DNA of 64,000 nucleotides from Vermamoeba vermiformis (Eukaryota): NCBI GenBank assembly GCA_045837725.1, contig JBEWZL010000066.1, positions 248,001 to 312,000 of the forward strand, read 5' to 3'. Shown piece by piece: positions 1 to 12,070 of this stretch (position 1 is its first letter; each line of letters starts with the position of its first letter). The notes under the pieces were generated by a model. It saw only the letters and a program-made list of their open reading frames with translations, ran no database searches and was not told where the DNA came from. The position numbers and the translations under genes were made by a program.

Positions 1-526
1 CAAAAGCGGTGTCAAGTGCGCTACGAGTCTGCAGCGAGTGAATGTTATATAGTAGTCTATATATAGCTGCAGTATATGCGCTGTAGAGGACTCTGTTCAG
101 CACGCACCTGCTGTTCTGGATCTGCTTCGTGCGCGCAATGTGCTGCGCGGCCTGATCGACGTCAGCAAGAGGCAGTGCACTCTAAAGCGAAAGTCAATAT
201 TAATATTACTATATTAGGCAATCGAGGTAGTGACTTGCGAGGTGTTTGGACAAATTGAGCGATTGCGCTGAACTTAAATACGTTAGCTAACGTCGATCTA
301 ACCACGAACACTGACCTAACAACAAGGCCCTATTGTATCGTGCAGGATAATTACATATGCGTTCAATTTCGCATTTTCCAGTGACGAGATGCAGCACTCG
401 CTTGTACGCAGGTCTGAACCACGGCCAGTACCAGTAGGTGCAGCACAACGTGTACACATAGAGCACCAATCGCTGCCAGGGCGTGCGTGCGTAGTGAATG
501 GGCTGATAAGTCGCAGCTCTGTGCAT
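1..526 (-). CDS. ELMO domain-containing protein (ELMOD-like), 5' part; continues off the window
   Basis: Exon 1 reads ...WFRPAYKRVLHLVTGKCEIERIC, like the ELMOD1/2 N-terminus (KWLLRQ-TGKCELQRI). The next exon (~273-240) reads QSLNLSKHLA. Confidence 0.65.
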
Positions 527-623
527 TGCGAGCTGATTTTATTTGAAATTAACGCATCTGAACTGTCAGACACAAGTCATTCCCAGTTTGAGACTAGTGA
601 ACAGTGCAATATAGTCAATTCAG

Positions 624-3382
624 ATGGCGTACTTCACTGAACAGCGCAAGGGCGAGATTAATGACTTGCGCAATCTGTTGCAACAAGCACAACTCGATCG
701 CAATGACGAAGAAAAACAGAGGTAAATAAGAGCGTGCCTATATTATTTAAAATTCACCATTAAATTGTGCGCGCAACAACCCTGATCCTGTGCTGTTAGG
801 GAGTGCATTAAGAAAGTAATTGCTGCCATGACACTGGGCATGGATGTGTCGCCGCTGTTCAGCGAGATGATCATGGTACGCACTCCTATCATGTCCTTCA
901 ATATGAGATGATTGACACTATTATTATTACTGTTGACAGGCCTCCAACACACGTGACTTGGTGGTGAAGAAGATGGTCTATTTATATCTCACCCATCACG
1001 CGCGCGAACACCCTGAGACCGGTACGCGCTGTCTCGTATATAGATAGTCTAATAGATAGAATAATAATACATCATAATAATCAAACATACCACAACACCA
1101 TACCTCGACAGCTCACTAACATGGCCCCGCAGCGCTGCTCGCCATCAACACGCTGCTCAAAGACTACGCCGATGACAGTCCCATGGTGCGGGGCTTGGCG
1201 TTGCGTGCCCTGGCCTCGCTGCGACAGCGTGCCCTGGTGGAGCACGTGATTCTGCCGCTCAAGAGTGGCCTCGTCGATGTCTCGCCGTACGTGCGCCGTA
1301 CTGCCGTGCTGGGCTGTGCCAAAGTGTTTCAACTCGCCCCTGATACCATAAAAGGCAAGTATGGATGCTGCACGTGAGGGACTTCAGTGCCACTAATGCC
1401 CAAATATAGACCCAGCGATCATCAACAAGCTGTACGAGATGTTGCGCGACAAGGACCCGCAAGTGATGGTCAATGCCGCGGTGACACTCGATGAAATTCT
1501 CCGCAGCGACGGACGCGGAAATTTGGATTTGTCTCCCAGTGCCGGCATTCAACTGAACAAGAAGCTGGCACTGCACCTGATGGAGCGACTGAGTGCGCTG
1601 GATCAGTGGGGGCAGTGTCTCATCTTGGACTATCTCGTCAAGTACCTGCCCGATGAGGACGAGCTATTTCCTTTTATGGTAAGTCACCCACGCATGCACT
1701 TGCAGCTGCTGGGTCACTCACCGCTGCTAAATATAGAACATGCTGGACACGCGCCTGCAAAGTATCCACGTGAGCGTGGTGTTTGCAGTGATCAAACTGT
1801 TCCTCGCCTGGACCACGCACCTGCCTGACGTGCATCGGGCCGTGTACGCGCGTGTCAAACAGCCGCTGCTGCTGCTCATGCACGCCCAACACGCGGAATT
1901 ACACGCGGGGGTGCTGCACCACATCAAGCTGATCACGCATCACGTGCCCGATCTGTTCGCGCACGAGTTCAAGCGCTTTTACTGTCGCGTGTCAGATCCG
2001 CCCTATCTGCGCCGACTCAAGATTGACATTTTGACAGCTGTCGCCGATGCCAACAATGGCGCGCAGATCATCGACGAATTGTCCGAATATGTACATGACC
2101 GTCACGTGACTGTCGCGCAACAGGCCGTGCTCGCGATTGGTCGCGTCGGTGAAGTGACACCTGTCACTGAGCGTGCTGTCACCGCACTCACTGCCGTGCT
2201 GGACTACTTTGAGGCACGTGATCTCAACCAGGGTCACGCACGTGATCTGCGCGATGCCGCACTGATAGCCCTGGCAGATGTCTGTCGCGTGAGACCGGAG
2301 AGTTCCGTGCTGTCCTGTGTGCCACGTGTCTTGACCATTGCAGCACGTGATCGACAGCTGTCACCTGCCGCACTCACTGCTGTCGCTTCCTTATTAGGAG
2401 GACCAGCAGCCGTGCTCGACGAATCACCGTACGCCGCGGAGGATTGGGCGCGTCACGTGACCGATCTCGATGCGAGCTCACTTACCGCATTTGGACACAG
2501 TGCCACTGCACTCATGTTGAAGCGACCAGCGGAGGTCAAGCCCTGGTTGGGCGGACTGCTCGAGAACTGCATTGAACGCCCTGGTAAGTGCGGCTATTTT
2601 TAGACTGACTGGCGACTGACCGACACGCAGAGTCCAATGCCCTGGCACGTGATCAGGCCACGTGGCTGTACAACTTGCTGAGCTTGGACGTGGGCTTGGC
2701 GAAGCAAGTGATGTTCACTGAACAGGCTATAAATAGATTCGCCGAGGATCAGCCGCTGGAGATCATCGATCGGTTGTTCGAAGAATTCAATTCGCTGTCA
2801 GTCATCTACGGCGAGCCCTCCGAACGATTCATTGAAACACGTGCGGTGAGTGACACGCTGCAGGACCTGGTGCAGGACTCGGACTCGGAGGACGAGGAAG
2901 AGGAGGACGAGGAGAGCGATGAGGAGCACCCTGTGACACCTGTCAACACTGTCAGTCACGTGACACCTGTCAGTGGCCAGTCAGTGCCAGCAGTGCCACA
3001 GAGCAGCGTGAGCTTCAAGGCCCAGGTGAGCTTGGACGCGAAGAGTTTTGAAGGGCACTGGAAGACACTGAAGGAGTGTGGCTCGGTGCAGCTGGACACG
3101 CAGCTCGCGAGTGACAAGCCGCAGAGTGTGGTGGAGAGCATTGAGACGCAGATGAAAGCACAGCGCTTGCACGTGATGGCCAAGGGTGTGGTGAAACAAG
3201 TGATCAAATTCTACCTCTACACGCAGCTGGAGGGCTCAGACATGTTGGTGCTGGTGGAGATGATCGTTGATCTCACGCAACAGCGCTTGACGGCCAAGTT
3301 CAAGTCACCCAACCTCGATCCGGACTACTTGAGACAGTTTTTGTTGCACTTCCAAGCTGTCGTCACCCCAATCACTAAATAA
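624..3382 (+). CDS. AP4B1: AP-4 complex subunit beta (beta-adaptin), multi-exon
   Basis: Spliced: MAYFTEQRKGEINDLR; KKVIAAMTLGMDVSPLFSEMIM; DLVVKKMVYLYL; PMVRGLALRALASLR; YVRRTAVLGCAKVF; EEFNSLSVIYG; C-terminal appendage. GC-AG intron at 1355-1409. Confidence 0.9.
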
Positions 3383-3441
3383 ATCTTTTTATGGACATGG
3401 TAAAATTTGTACATTTTTACACGTATTTACAAACACCCAAG

Positions 3442-4181
3442 TTAGGGTAGGATCCTTTGGACTTCTTCTTTAAGTTTTGCACCCAAAGCAGCTCGGCCAG
3501 GTTTCGTCTCTTCCTCAACAATTTGGTCAACTAACGAACTAACGGTAGGAGGGACGACCTCCTTTTTCGGAGTCTTGTGGGTGACGTCAACCTTATTTCC
3601 GTCTCCCACTGATGCTAAGTGATCGATGTGCTCAAAATTGTTTGTTTTTCTATTTACAAGTTAGCGAGCTTCGAACATCATTAATTTACTTGCCTAGAAT
3701 TGTCGGAAGAGTTTCTGAAAGTGTCTCCACCCTTCATAACAGGCACCTGGTTATTGTTGTTGTTTGTCCCCTCTGGCTTCTGTTTGCGGATCGGGGGTGA
3801 GTTTGCCTCGGTGGTGCGATTTGCTTGATTCTTAAGTAGATCATCACAATATGCTTTCAGCTCTTCATATTTCTTTTTCCAGTTTGTACGCTCCTGTTGC
3901 TTTCTGCGAAAACTTTGAGAAAACACATAAATTAATCTGTTTTCTTACCCGTCGTTCTCAGAGGAAGGCTTAGAGGGTACTATGAACAACGTTAATGGCT
4001 TTTTAATCTGGTAAGTAGGTCTTAGTTTTATGGGTGCTTTTTTATCAGCTTCTCGAAGCTGGGCTTCGTCTCCACCTATCTGCTGTAGAAAGTCACTAAT
4101 TGAAGTGCCAAATGGCACCGAGTCGACGTATTCTTGTTTTGAGGTGGTAAAAAAATATTTAACTTCGATTGTTGTTGTCAT
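3442..4181 (-). CDS. 219-aa protein: possible ubiquitin-like N-terminal domain, short coiled coil, N-rich linker and RHIM-like motif (putative adaptor/sensor)
   Basis: Exons 4181-3949, 3912-3694 and 3649-3442 total 660 nt and stay in frame; the second intron is GC-AG. Motif IDHLASVGDGNKVDV lies at 3627-3583. Confidence 0.7.
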
Positions 4182-4283
4182 GTTGGCATTTGTCAAGGAA
4201 AATCAAACTCGAGCACTTTTTCTGCCGTCCTTCGCTGACGCCAATATTTGTATTTTCAAGCTCTGGCAAGACCACTGCACCTC
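4182..4283. promoter_or_regulatory. Putative bidirectional promoter of the RHIM-like gene pair
   Basis: Only ~100 bp separate the divergent ATGs at 4181 (-) and 4284 (+). Confidence 0.5.
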
Positions 4284-5616
4284 ATGAGGTAATACTTTTA
4301 CAAAGTATTCCAATGCTAACTTTTATTTTCCAAGTTCGAAATTCAACTTTGAAAACGCGACTATTAAACATCTCGGAAGTGTTGGAGATAACAACAACGT
4401 CACAGTCAAGATGGGAGAAATAAACGATGAGACAACGACCTTAAATTCTAGTGGGCAAGTGACTTTAATTATCACCTTGAATTTTGTAATTAACAACTCT
4501 AAAGGGACAAAGCTTTGTCAATCTGTGTCATCTGCGCACTTGACGAGGAGGCTCAAGCTGTACAAGATGTCTTTGCAAAAGCGCAGCAACTGACTTGGCA
4601 AAATGGAACAACCCGTAGTGGCTTCTCTTACAAAAAAACCACTTTTGCTGATCTGGCAAATCAGCCTCTATCAGTTTCCCTGTTTGGCTTGAGCAAGATG
4701 GGTCACAAAGTTATACAAAGTTTGGCAAATATTCTAACAGAGTTCAATCCGGACTACGCTATAATGACTGGAGTCTGTGCTGGTTGCAAAGGAGAAGATG
4801 TCAGATTAGGTGATATTTTTGTTGCTGACAAGGCGTGGGCAGTTGTAGGAAAGGCAAGTCAAGAATCATTCAAATCGGAGGCAGCAACTATACAAATTAG
4901 AGAAGGTCTTGCAACGTTCTTGGCGAGCTTGATCCGTGAAGACTCCGTTGAGAAGATTTGCCAAACAATCCGCCCAAGACCAGAGCCAAAGACATTGCGC
5001 ATTCTAAAATTTCTACACGCTGTCCGTGAAGGTAAAGGAGTTGATCAGCATAGATTGCAAGAGTTGCGTCAGGCAATTTGGCCAGAATTGATTGACACAC
5101 AGCAGTGGAGTGCATTTTTTACCAAAGATTTACGGCCATATCTGCATCTTGCTGATAAGACATTTACTCTGCGCGAAGAGTCTGAGCGGAAACTAGAAGA
5201 GGCTGAGCTGGTTGAGGGGCCTATTGACAAGCAGACACAGTAAGCAATACAACTGTTATCAAGATTTAAACTAATCAGACATTAGTCGGCCAGTAAAAGC
5301 TTTCTTAGCCCCTGTTGCTGGTTTTGTTGATGGAGTCCATGCTGATATGGACAAATGGTGGCCAGTATTGCAAAATGTAAACCGCAAAGTTGCTGCCATA
5401 GAAATGGAATCTGGAGTTTTCTTCGAGACTGTACACAGTTACAATTCATCAAACCGTCGTATGTCCAAGCCATGTGACTTCATCTTTGTTAAGGGTGTGA
5501 TGGATAATGGTGATGCTAACAAAGATGACTCCTTTAAAACCTATGCTGCAGAGGTTTCTGCAGCATTTGCATTTGCCTTTCTTAAACAAGCAGCTTGGCG
5601 AGCACATAATTTTTGA
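4284..5616 (+). CDS. 396-aa nucleoside phosphorylase (PNP_UDP_1 / MTA-SAH nucleosidase-like) effector with N-terminal RHIM-like motif
   Basis: Exons 4284-4288, 4335-4454, 4505-5239 and 5286-5616 total 1191 nt. Motifs: ICALDEEAQAV, KMG, AIMTGVCAG, VRLGDIFVAD, AIEMESG, VKGVMDNGD..KDDSFK.YAAEVSAAF. N-terminus: MSSKFNFENATIKHLGSVGDNNNVTVKMG. Confidence 0.85.
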
Positions 5617-5829
5617 TGTAATTAACTTAGTTGAATTAATTTACAAAATAAACTGAAAATGGGTCTGGCAAGAAGTACATCTGCTGCTACTTTTTTTGCA
5701 CAGTAGACATCCTGTCCGTGGATGACCAACCAATGAGCCTATCCAAACGCTTCCACACTTTGGCAAGAAGAATTCATGGAAGCATCAGTGCATCATCTAT
5801 GACAGGATGCTGCGGCATAAAGCTATTAC

Positions 5830-6720
5830 TTGGCGGACATCTTGTCCGGCAAAAATTGGACATCCATCACTGACCGCGCGTCCTTGCTGGCCAAGCACTA
5901 GGGATTGAGCTGAGGAAAGTTCCAGTTTTTGAAATCAAGCTCCAAATGTCTCAAAACAAAGATTTATGTCTACAGCTTTTCATGACATATGAAATCGTTT
6001 GTTGAAAATGTACAAATTGCTGTCACAACAATATCTTTGACGATTACTCATATCTTCTTGTTATATAGTGATAGTTCTGTACATCCTAAGTTTAAATGGT
6101 TTTGCAGCATATAGAACAAGTTGGTACTTAAGTTCTTTGCAGAACAAAGATATTTTCAGCCTCCAGCGGCTAGCCCAAAGCCTCCTGATGCCAATAGTAG
6201 CCTTCTTGGGCCCGCTGGTGCTAATGGCAAATTTTGGTAAAAGTTGGTAAATTACACATCAGCGGACGCAGCGACCCCGGACGGACGCAATGTCCACGGA
6301 CAGACGAAAAATTTTTGGCAGACAGGACGTCTGCCTATGAGAAACTTCTCATTCACAATATTCCATTTCTGGTACAGTTCTGTGCAGAACCATATCTACA
6401 AGAGGATTGCTTAAACGGGACATGATTTTTGGGTAGGATGTTTAACTGTTCTTTGTGCAGCAAACATATCCTGGTTGCGAATATATGTTATTTGCTCGAT
6501 ACAGTGCTACCCTTACAGCTTAAAAATCCAACTTTCTAATGTATGGGGATTACCTAATGGTGGCCGGAAGCTGATGCGGTGCAAGGCTCATACCTAGCAG
6601 TATCATATATGCCTACCTACTGCAGCAAACAGAATTAAATTTCATCAATTACTAACTTCAGCAGACGCCCCGTCCAGATCTGGACGGACGCCCTATCCAC
6701 GGACGGACACCATGTCCCTT
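5830..6720. repeat. GGAC/GTCC-rich degenerate repeats and hairpins; possible DNA-transposon/MITE relic
   Basis: Imperfect 27-nt direct repeat at 6279-6305 and 6682-6708 (GGACGGACGC-N4-TCCACGGACRGAC). 16-bp palindrome CGTCCAGATCTGGACG at 6671-6686. Hairpin CGGACA-TCT-TGTCCG near 5833. No credible ORF. Confidence 0.35.
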
Positions 6721-6880
6721 TGCCTACAGCATCCTTCTTGGCAAAATTACTAAGTCCTACGTCCACCATACATTGTTTGCATAAAAAAGCTGGGATTAAA
6801 GGACTTAATGCGTCAAAAGCATTCAATCAGTCTACAGGACCAAAAAACTTTTAGGAATTGGTGTTATTTATTACTTTACA

Positions 6881-9443
6881 TTACACATTGCTCGTAACAG
6901 CGTTGGCAAAATTGCGTGAGAAACCAAGCCGGAATAGGTCTGCTACACTTTCATGAAATTGACTGCTGACATTTGCAGTTTCATGCAAGTGCGGCAAGGT
7001 CAGCAGCTCTTGATAGGCTTGCATCAAGGTCTGCGTGTCGTCACTCGAGAACATTGGTTGCTCTGTTTGCTCGTCAGTTGATTGCCTAAAGTCACTTAAA
7101 TCTGTACCTAAAAATAGCAGTGGCAGGGCCTCGTACAGTATTTTGAACAAGAATTTGGTGGGAATTAAGCTGTTGCTCACGAGCTTGACGATGGCTTGCG
7201 CGGCTGATGCGAAATCTCCGTCCTAATGGCAGTCAGTACCGAGAAGATTGCCAAATATGGTCATGCTTACTTGACGCAGCGACAAAAACTGCGAATAGAG
7301 CTGCAAAAATAGCAACAACGAAGAGACGTGTCGATTGGTGTTGAAGTAGGCCATTAACGGCTGCAACTGATTGGTCAGTTGATGCAGCGAACTCTTGTCA
7401 CTAGCTGTCACATAACATTGCTGCAATTCATCCGCGGTCAGACCTGTCAGTTGACTCGAGGACGACAGCAGTGCCACCAATCGCTTGTAGATCGGTTTGT
7501 CCGTGCCCTGGTGCAGATCGATCACGTGACTGAGCAGCTGATCGACAATCTTCCACATCATCGACGAGGCTTGCTGACGACTGTCCTGCGCGTTCTTTTG
7601 CGTCAGTGCGGCTAAATATAGCTCAATGCTCCACGCGAGTGCACTGCCGTAACACTGCTTGCTCAGGGCACGGTGGCACTGCTCGAGGTAGATGGCACGT
7701 GTCTCGTTGCCACTCACGTCGTGTCGCGCGCACAGTGCCAGCATCTTGCGCGCTTGTCGTTCAGTGAACGGTCGTGCTCGTTCAATCATCTGTCACATGT
7801 CAGTTACAATGTTGACACGTGTCATTCAGTGATCCGTACCGCAGAGAAAGTCGGTGCGCCGAGTGATGGCACGTGCGCGCAATAGTCTGCAATGATGTGC
7901 CAGTAGCTCGGATGTTGTTCCGCGTTGTCAAACAGCACGTGACAGTACTCCATGAGCACGTGATCGCGTCGCAGTTGCGAATAGTCACGTGTCACTGGCA
8001 CGTGATACAGCGTGGCCTTGTCGAACAGATCGAGCCAATGCGCGCGCAGCCAATCATCCTCCACGTGACTCACTTCCTCCATGACCTAATTAGGAAATAT
8101 CAGCACGCAGTCACGTGTCGAGTTCAGAAAGTGTACCGAGTATACGTCGCCCTTGAAAATCTCCATCAGAATGTGATCGAGATCAGTCACGTGATGCACC
8201 GCAGAGGTCGCGCGGTCAATCAGTTCACTGAATTCGTGACGTGTCTCCTCGTCCTCTGCCAAAATCATTTGCGGATCTGCAAACAACACTTTAGCAATCA
8301 CGTGCTCGCTCCAACTGGCAGTCACGTGCTCAATCACCGCTTCATCTCCGGCTAATAATAGCAACACGCGATGCAGCTGATCGGTGTTTGACGCGTGTCC
8401 GTATTGCTGTTCGTGCGTTGACACCAGACGTCTAGTGACAGTTAGTTCACTGAACGCCATTATTACCTAATTTGGCAACTTACGCAACATCCTCGTGCCA
8501 TTGGCCCCAGCGCAGCAAAAATTCATCCGTGTTCATGAAAGAGGTCATGTCGACAGTAACTGGCATGGTGTTCAGTGCCAGGTCGATGAAGGACAGCAAT
8601 TGACCATATTTGGAATTCTTTTGGCCGTGTTGCGGGTGCAGGGCCAGCAATTCACGTGCTTGATTGCGAAGGCCGCGCACAATGCAGCCCGCCACGAGTC
8701 GCCAGTACTGCGGATCTTGTTCAGTGAACGGCGCTGCAGCACGTGATCCTACGTGTCCTAAAATAGGCTCGTAGTCCTCGAGCCAGGACTGCAACTGCAC
8801 CAACTGCGCCACACTGCGCGAGTGCAGCAAGAACAGCTCGGAGAGGTGCCACATCACCTCGTGCGCGTGTGAGCTGCGCGTACTGGAGTCATGCTGCGTA
8901 CTGGAGTCATGCTGCGTACTGGAGTCATGCTGCGTACTGGATTCGTGTGCTTGAGCGCGCAGCAGAGCTCGATAATGTCGACTCGCTTGCACGAGTTCAG
9001 TGCGCAACTCTCGCGACAAATGCGTGCCTCGCAGATTGGTCTTTTTGTTTTGACGCTCTACTTGTTGCACCCGCTCTTGTAAGTGCACAAATACTCCGTG
9101 AGATTCGCAGATCAGCTGTTAGCCATATTAATTTGATTATGTTACACCTGTTAATCATCGATTTACCTTGCTTTTTTGGGTAGATACAACCTCAGATATT
9201 TTTAAGACTGTTGTTTGGCGCGCGTTTGGATCCTATTCGAAAAATTATCAAATATTCTTAAAAAATAGTTGGTGCACTGCATTAATAACGTACACTCTTG
9301 CCATATAATTTAACATTTTCGTTAACATTTTGCTTGGGCTGCTGAAACAAGATCAGCTCGTTGCCAGTACTCCAACGAAATGCAGTTCTGCAACCAGGGT
9401 GCAACTTGAATCCCGGCACATTGATGACGTTATGTGCACTCAT
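6881..9443 (-). CDS. NUP85: Nuclear pore complex protein Nup85, multi-exon
   Basis: WHLSELFLL, YWRLVAGCIVRG..QARELLALHP, WGQWH, WLRAHWLDL and RDHVLMEYC...YWHIIADYC follow the Nup85 pattern. Confidence 0.8.
8878..8941. repeat. 18-bp coding tandem repeat (~3.5 copies; STQHDS) in Nup85
   Basis: GCGTACTGGAGTCATGCT repeated. Confidence 0.9.
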
Positions 9444-9626
9444 GGTGAACTGGCCCTTGTGTTGCTGCAACAGACAGGGCGCGGGATCAGGAGCAGTATC
9501 CCCGCGACACAACCGACACGACCCGACATTCCCTAATTAAGCATGTACGCAAACAAATTTGAACGCAAAAAATTTACATACAAGACAAAGGGGTTAAGTA
9601 ATACAATAAAGAACAGTCTCTACTCG

Positions 9627-11885
9627 TCAATGTCGCATGTAGAGTGACAGCGCAACAGCAGATGCGACTGTTACAAATACAATGGTCCACCATGAGCTGG
9701 GCGGGGGCGGGGTATTCGGGGGCGGGGTACTCTTCGGGGTATCGCGCGCTGTTTGTGCGGTCGCAGAGCCCACTGCAGCGATACCTTTGCGCTGCGTGAC
9801 GCTGGGCTCGGGCGTGGGTTCGGGGCGAGGAGGTTCGGGGTCGGGATTATGGGGTTCGGGGTCGGCGACTGTGACTGGCTCGGGGACCTGTGGACGGGGT
9901 TCGGGACTGGTGACCTGTGCGGGGGAGTGTTGCGGGTTTGGTTGTGTCTCTTTGACAGGTGTCACGGGGCTAGGTTCAGGCTCAGACGTGTGATTGACAG
10001 GTGTCACACTGTCACTCGCAGGGAGATCTGTGGCAGTTAATTCATTGGTAATCTGTGCGAGCTGCTCATTGACAGCTGTCACTGCATCCGTGTCATCCTT
10101 GGTGGCAGTGTCGTGCGTGACAGGTGTCACCGTGGCGTCCTCACGCGGAGTAGTCATGCTGTTGATCTCGTTGATGAGTGAATTGAGCACGCGATCGCTC
10201 TCACTCTCCTCTTCCTGTTCAGGCTCCACGTCCAATGAGCCGCTCAGTGCCTCACTGACCGCGTGCGGATCTGCCTCGTCTTTCTCATCGCTCTTCGACT
10301 CCTCGTCCGTGCTCGTGTGCAGATCGGCGCGTGTGCCCTCGAGATCGAGATCTTTGAGCTCCTCTTCATCGAATATCGTGCACATCGTGTTGAGAATGAA
10401 GCGCTTGATCGGTGAGCTCTTCTTGAAGCCGCGCCAGACGTGTGCCAGGGCCTCAATGCCCCCGTCCTCTTTGACCATCTCTTTGTTCAGCTCGTCCTGA
10501 CTCATCTTCTTCAACAAGCGACACACCAGCACTGTCAGCACGGGGTCAGGCACGGGCTGTTGGTCGTCATCCAGTGCACCGTGGCCCGGAAAGATGCGAT
10601 CACGCAACAGCAGCTCGAGGATCACTGGCACTGCGCCAGCCATGCCCAATCGCGCACGACCCTCCGAGTGGTGTGCAATGCGCCACAGTGTGCGTGTAGC
10701 TGCGCGCAGCACGAGTGAGTGCGAGATGTGTGCTTTGAGCGAGGCGAGCAAGTGCGGCACGAGTTCGGGCGAGAGAATGAGGGCGTCGCGTCCTTGCGGG
10801 GACTTGGCGAGCAGTCCGAGCAGCACGGAGCCCATCTCTTGCACCTCTTCGTTGCGCGGATGAGTGGTCATGGCCTTGACGACGAGTTCTATGGCCCCGA
10901 GTGAGGACGAGAGTGCCAGCTCTTGCTTGTTGATCACGTGACAGGCAGTCAGGTTGACGAGACACCACAGGGCCAGCACTTGAATGCTCTCGTCGCTGCG
11001 GTACTCGCGCATGTACTCGCTGATGTGCTTCATCAGTCCCCAGCGCACGGCGTGATCTTTGACGGGCGAGTAGCGCGACATGTTGCGCAACAAGAGCAGT
11101 CCGTAGGTGACAATGGCCTGATCCTTGCTGGCACTGATCATCTCCAACAGCTCGGGCAGGTGCTCGCAGATCAGCACCTTGTTGCGATCATCGTCGTACA
11201 CTGCATTCGCGAGTGCCACGAGGCCACACTGCTTGCTGCGCTCAGAGCCGTGCAGACACGCGTGCAGCAGCTCGTCCAGTCCCTCTTGGCCCAGCTCCGT
11301 CCGACTCGCTGGATCCTCCGAGAGCAGGGCAATGGCGCGTGCAGCAGCTTCTCGTGCAGCATCGGGACCTTTCTGCAAGGCCTTTTTGAGTGTCTTGACC
11401 ACTCCTGCTTTGAGCAGCATTCTCTCGCCATGATCTGCAACATTAACATTTATATTAGCGCAAATGATTATTAAAAGGCATGAAATATAGCTTATAAAAT
11501 TAACTGTTACATTCGCAATTATAAACTAAATTTTAATTGACCAAGCCGATAATATCATTAATCATATTGTAATGTCACCTAAAATTATTCGTTCGACAAT
11601 AGTTTAAAACTTACCAATTGAGCAAAATACAGTTACAAAATTCAAGTATTTTTCAAGTGGTAATAATTCGGGTCCCTTTGCCACCACCAAGGAAATGAAA
11701 TCTGGATCCATCAGCGCGGTGCGGTTTCTTTGAGCAGCAACATAGCGATTTTCTTGAAATTTCTCGATAAAAGCATCGACATATTGCTCTATTTCTTTGC
11801 TATCGTCCTCGAGTAAGTCCTTCAGAATCGACACTTGCTCGCTGCAGTTCGCGAGGCTGAATTCGTCTTTAGAAACAGTTGTCAT
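9627..11885 (-). CDS. Armadillo-repeat protein with acidic/Pro-rich linker and C-terminal TM helix (tail-anchored)
   Basis: ARM signatures (GAIELVVKAMTTHP..EEVQEMG, GAVPVILELL, GGIEAL). C-terminus WWTIVFVTVASAVALSLYMRH. First exon probably 11885-~11613. Confidence 0.7.
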
Positions 11886-12070
11886 CGCTAATCATCGGCC
11901 ACGCACTATCGGTACTTTGATCAGCGACTATGATTGTGGTCGATGCTATCGATAAAGTCGTAAATCACCCTTTGTGTTTTATCAATTTTATCGCTCGGCC
12001 AGTGAAACGGTCGCTGATCGTGCGTAGAACAGTGATATATTAATATATTGTAGTTATAACACTTCACACG

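Noticed and set aside
5640-6880. Short ORFs (6068-6250, 6234-6425, 6635-6826) as a transposase or third system component such as an NLR
   Set aside because: No P-loop, DDE or other recognisable motif, and no coherent splice model found.
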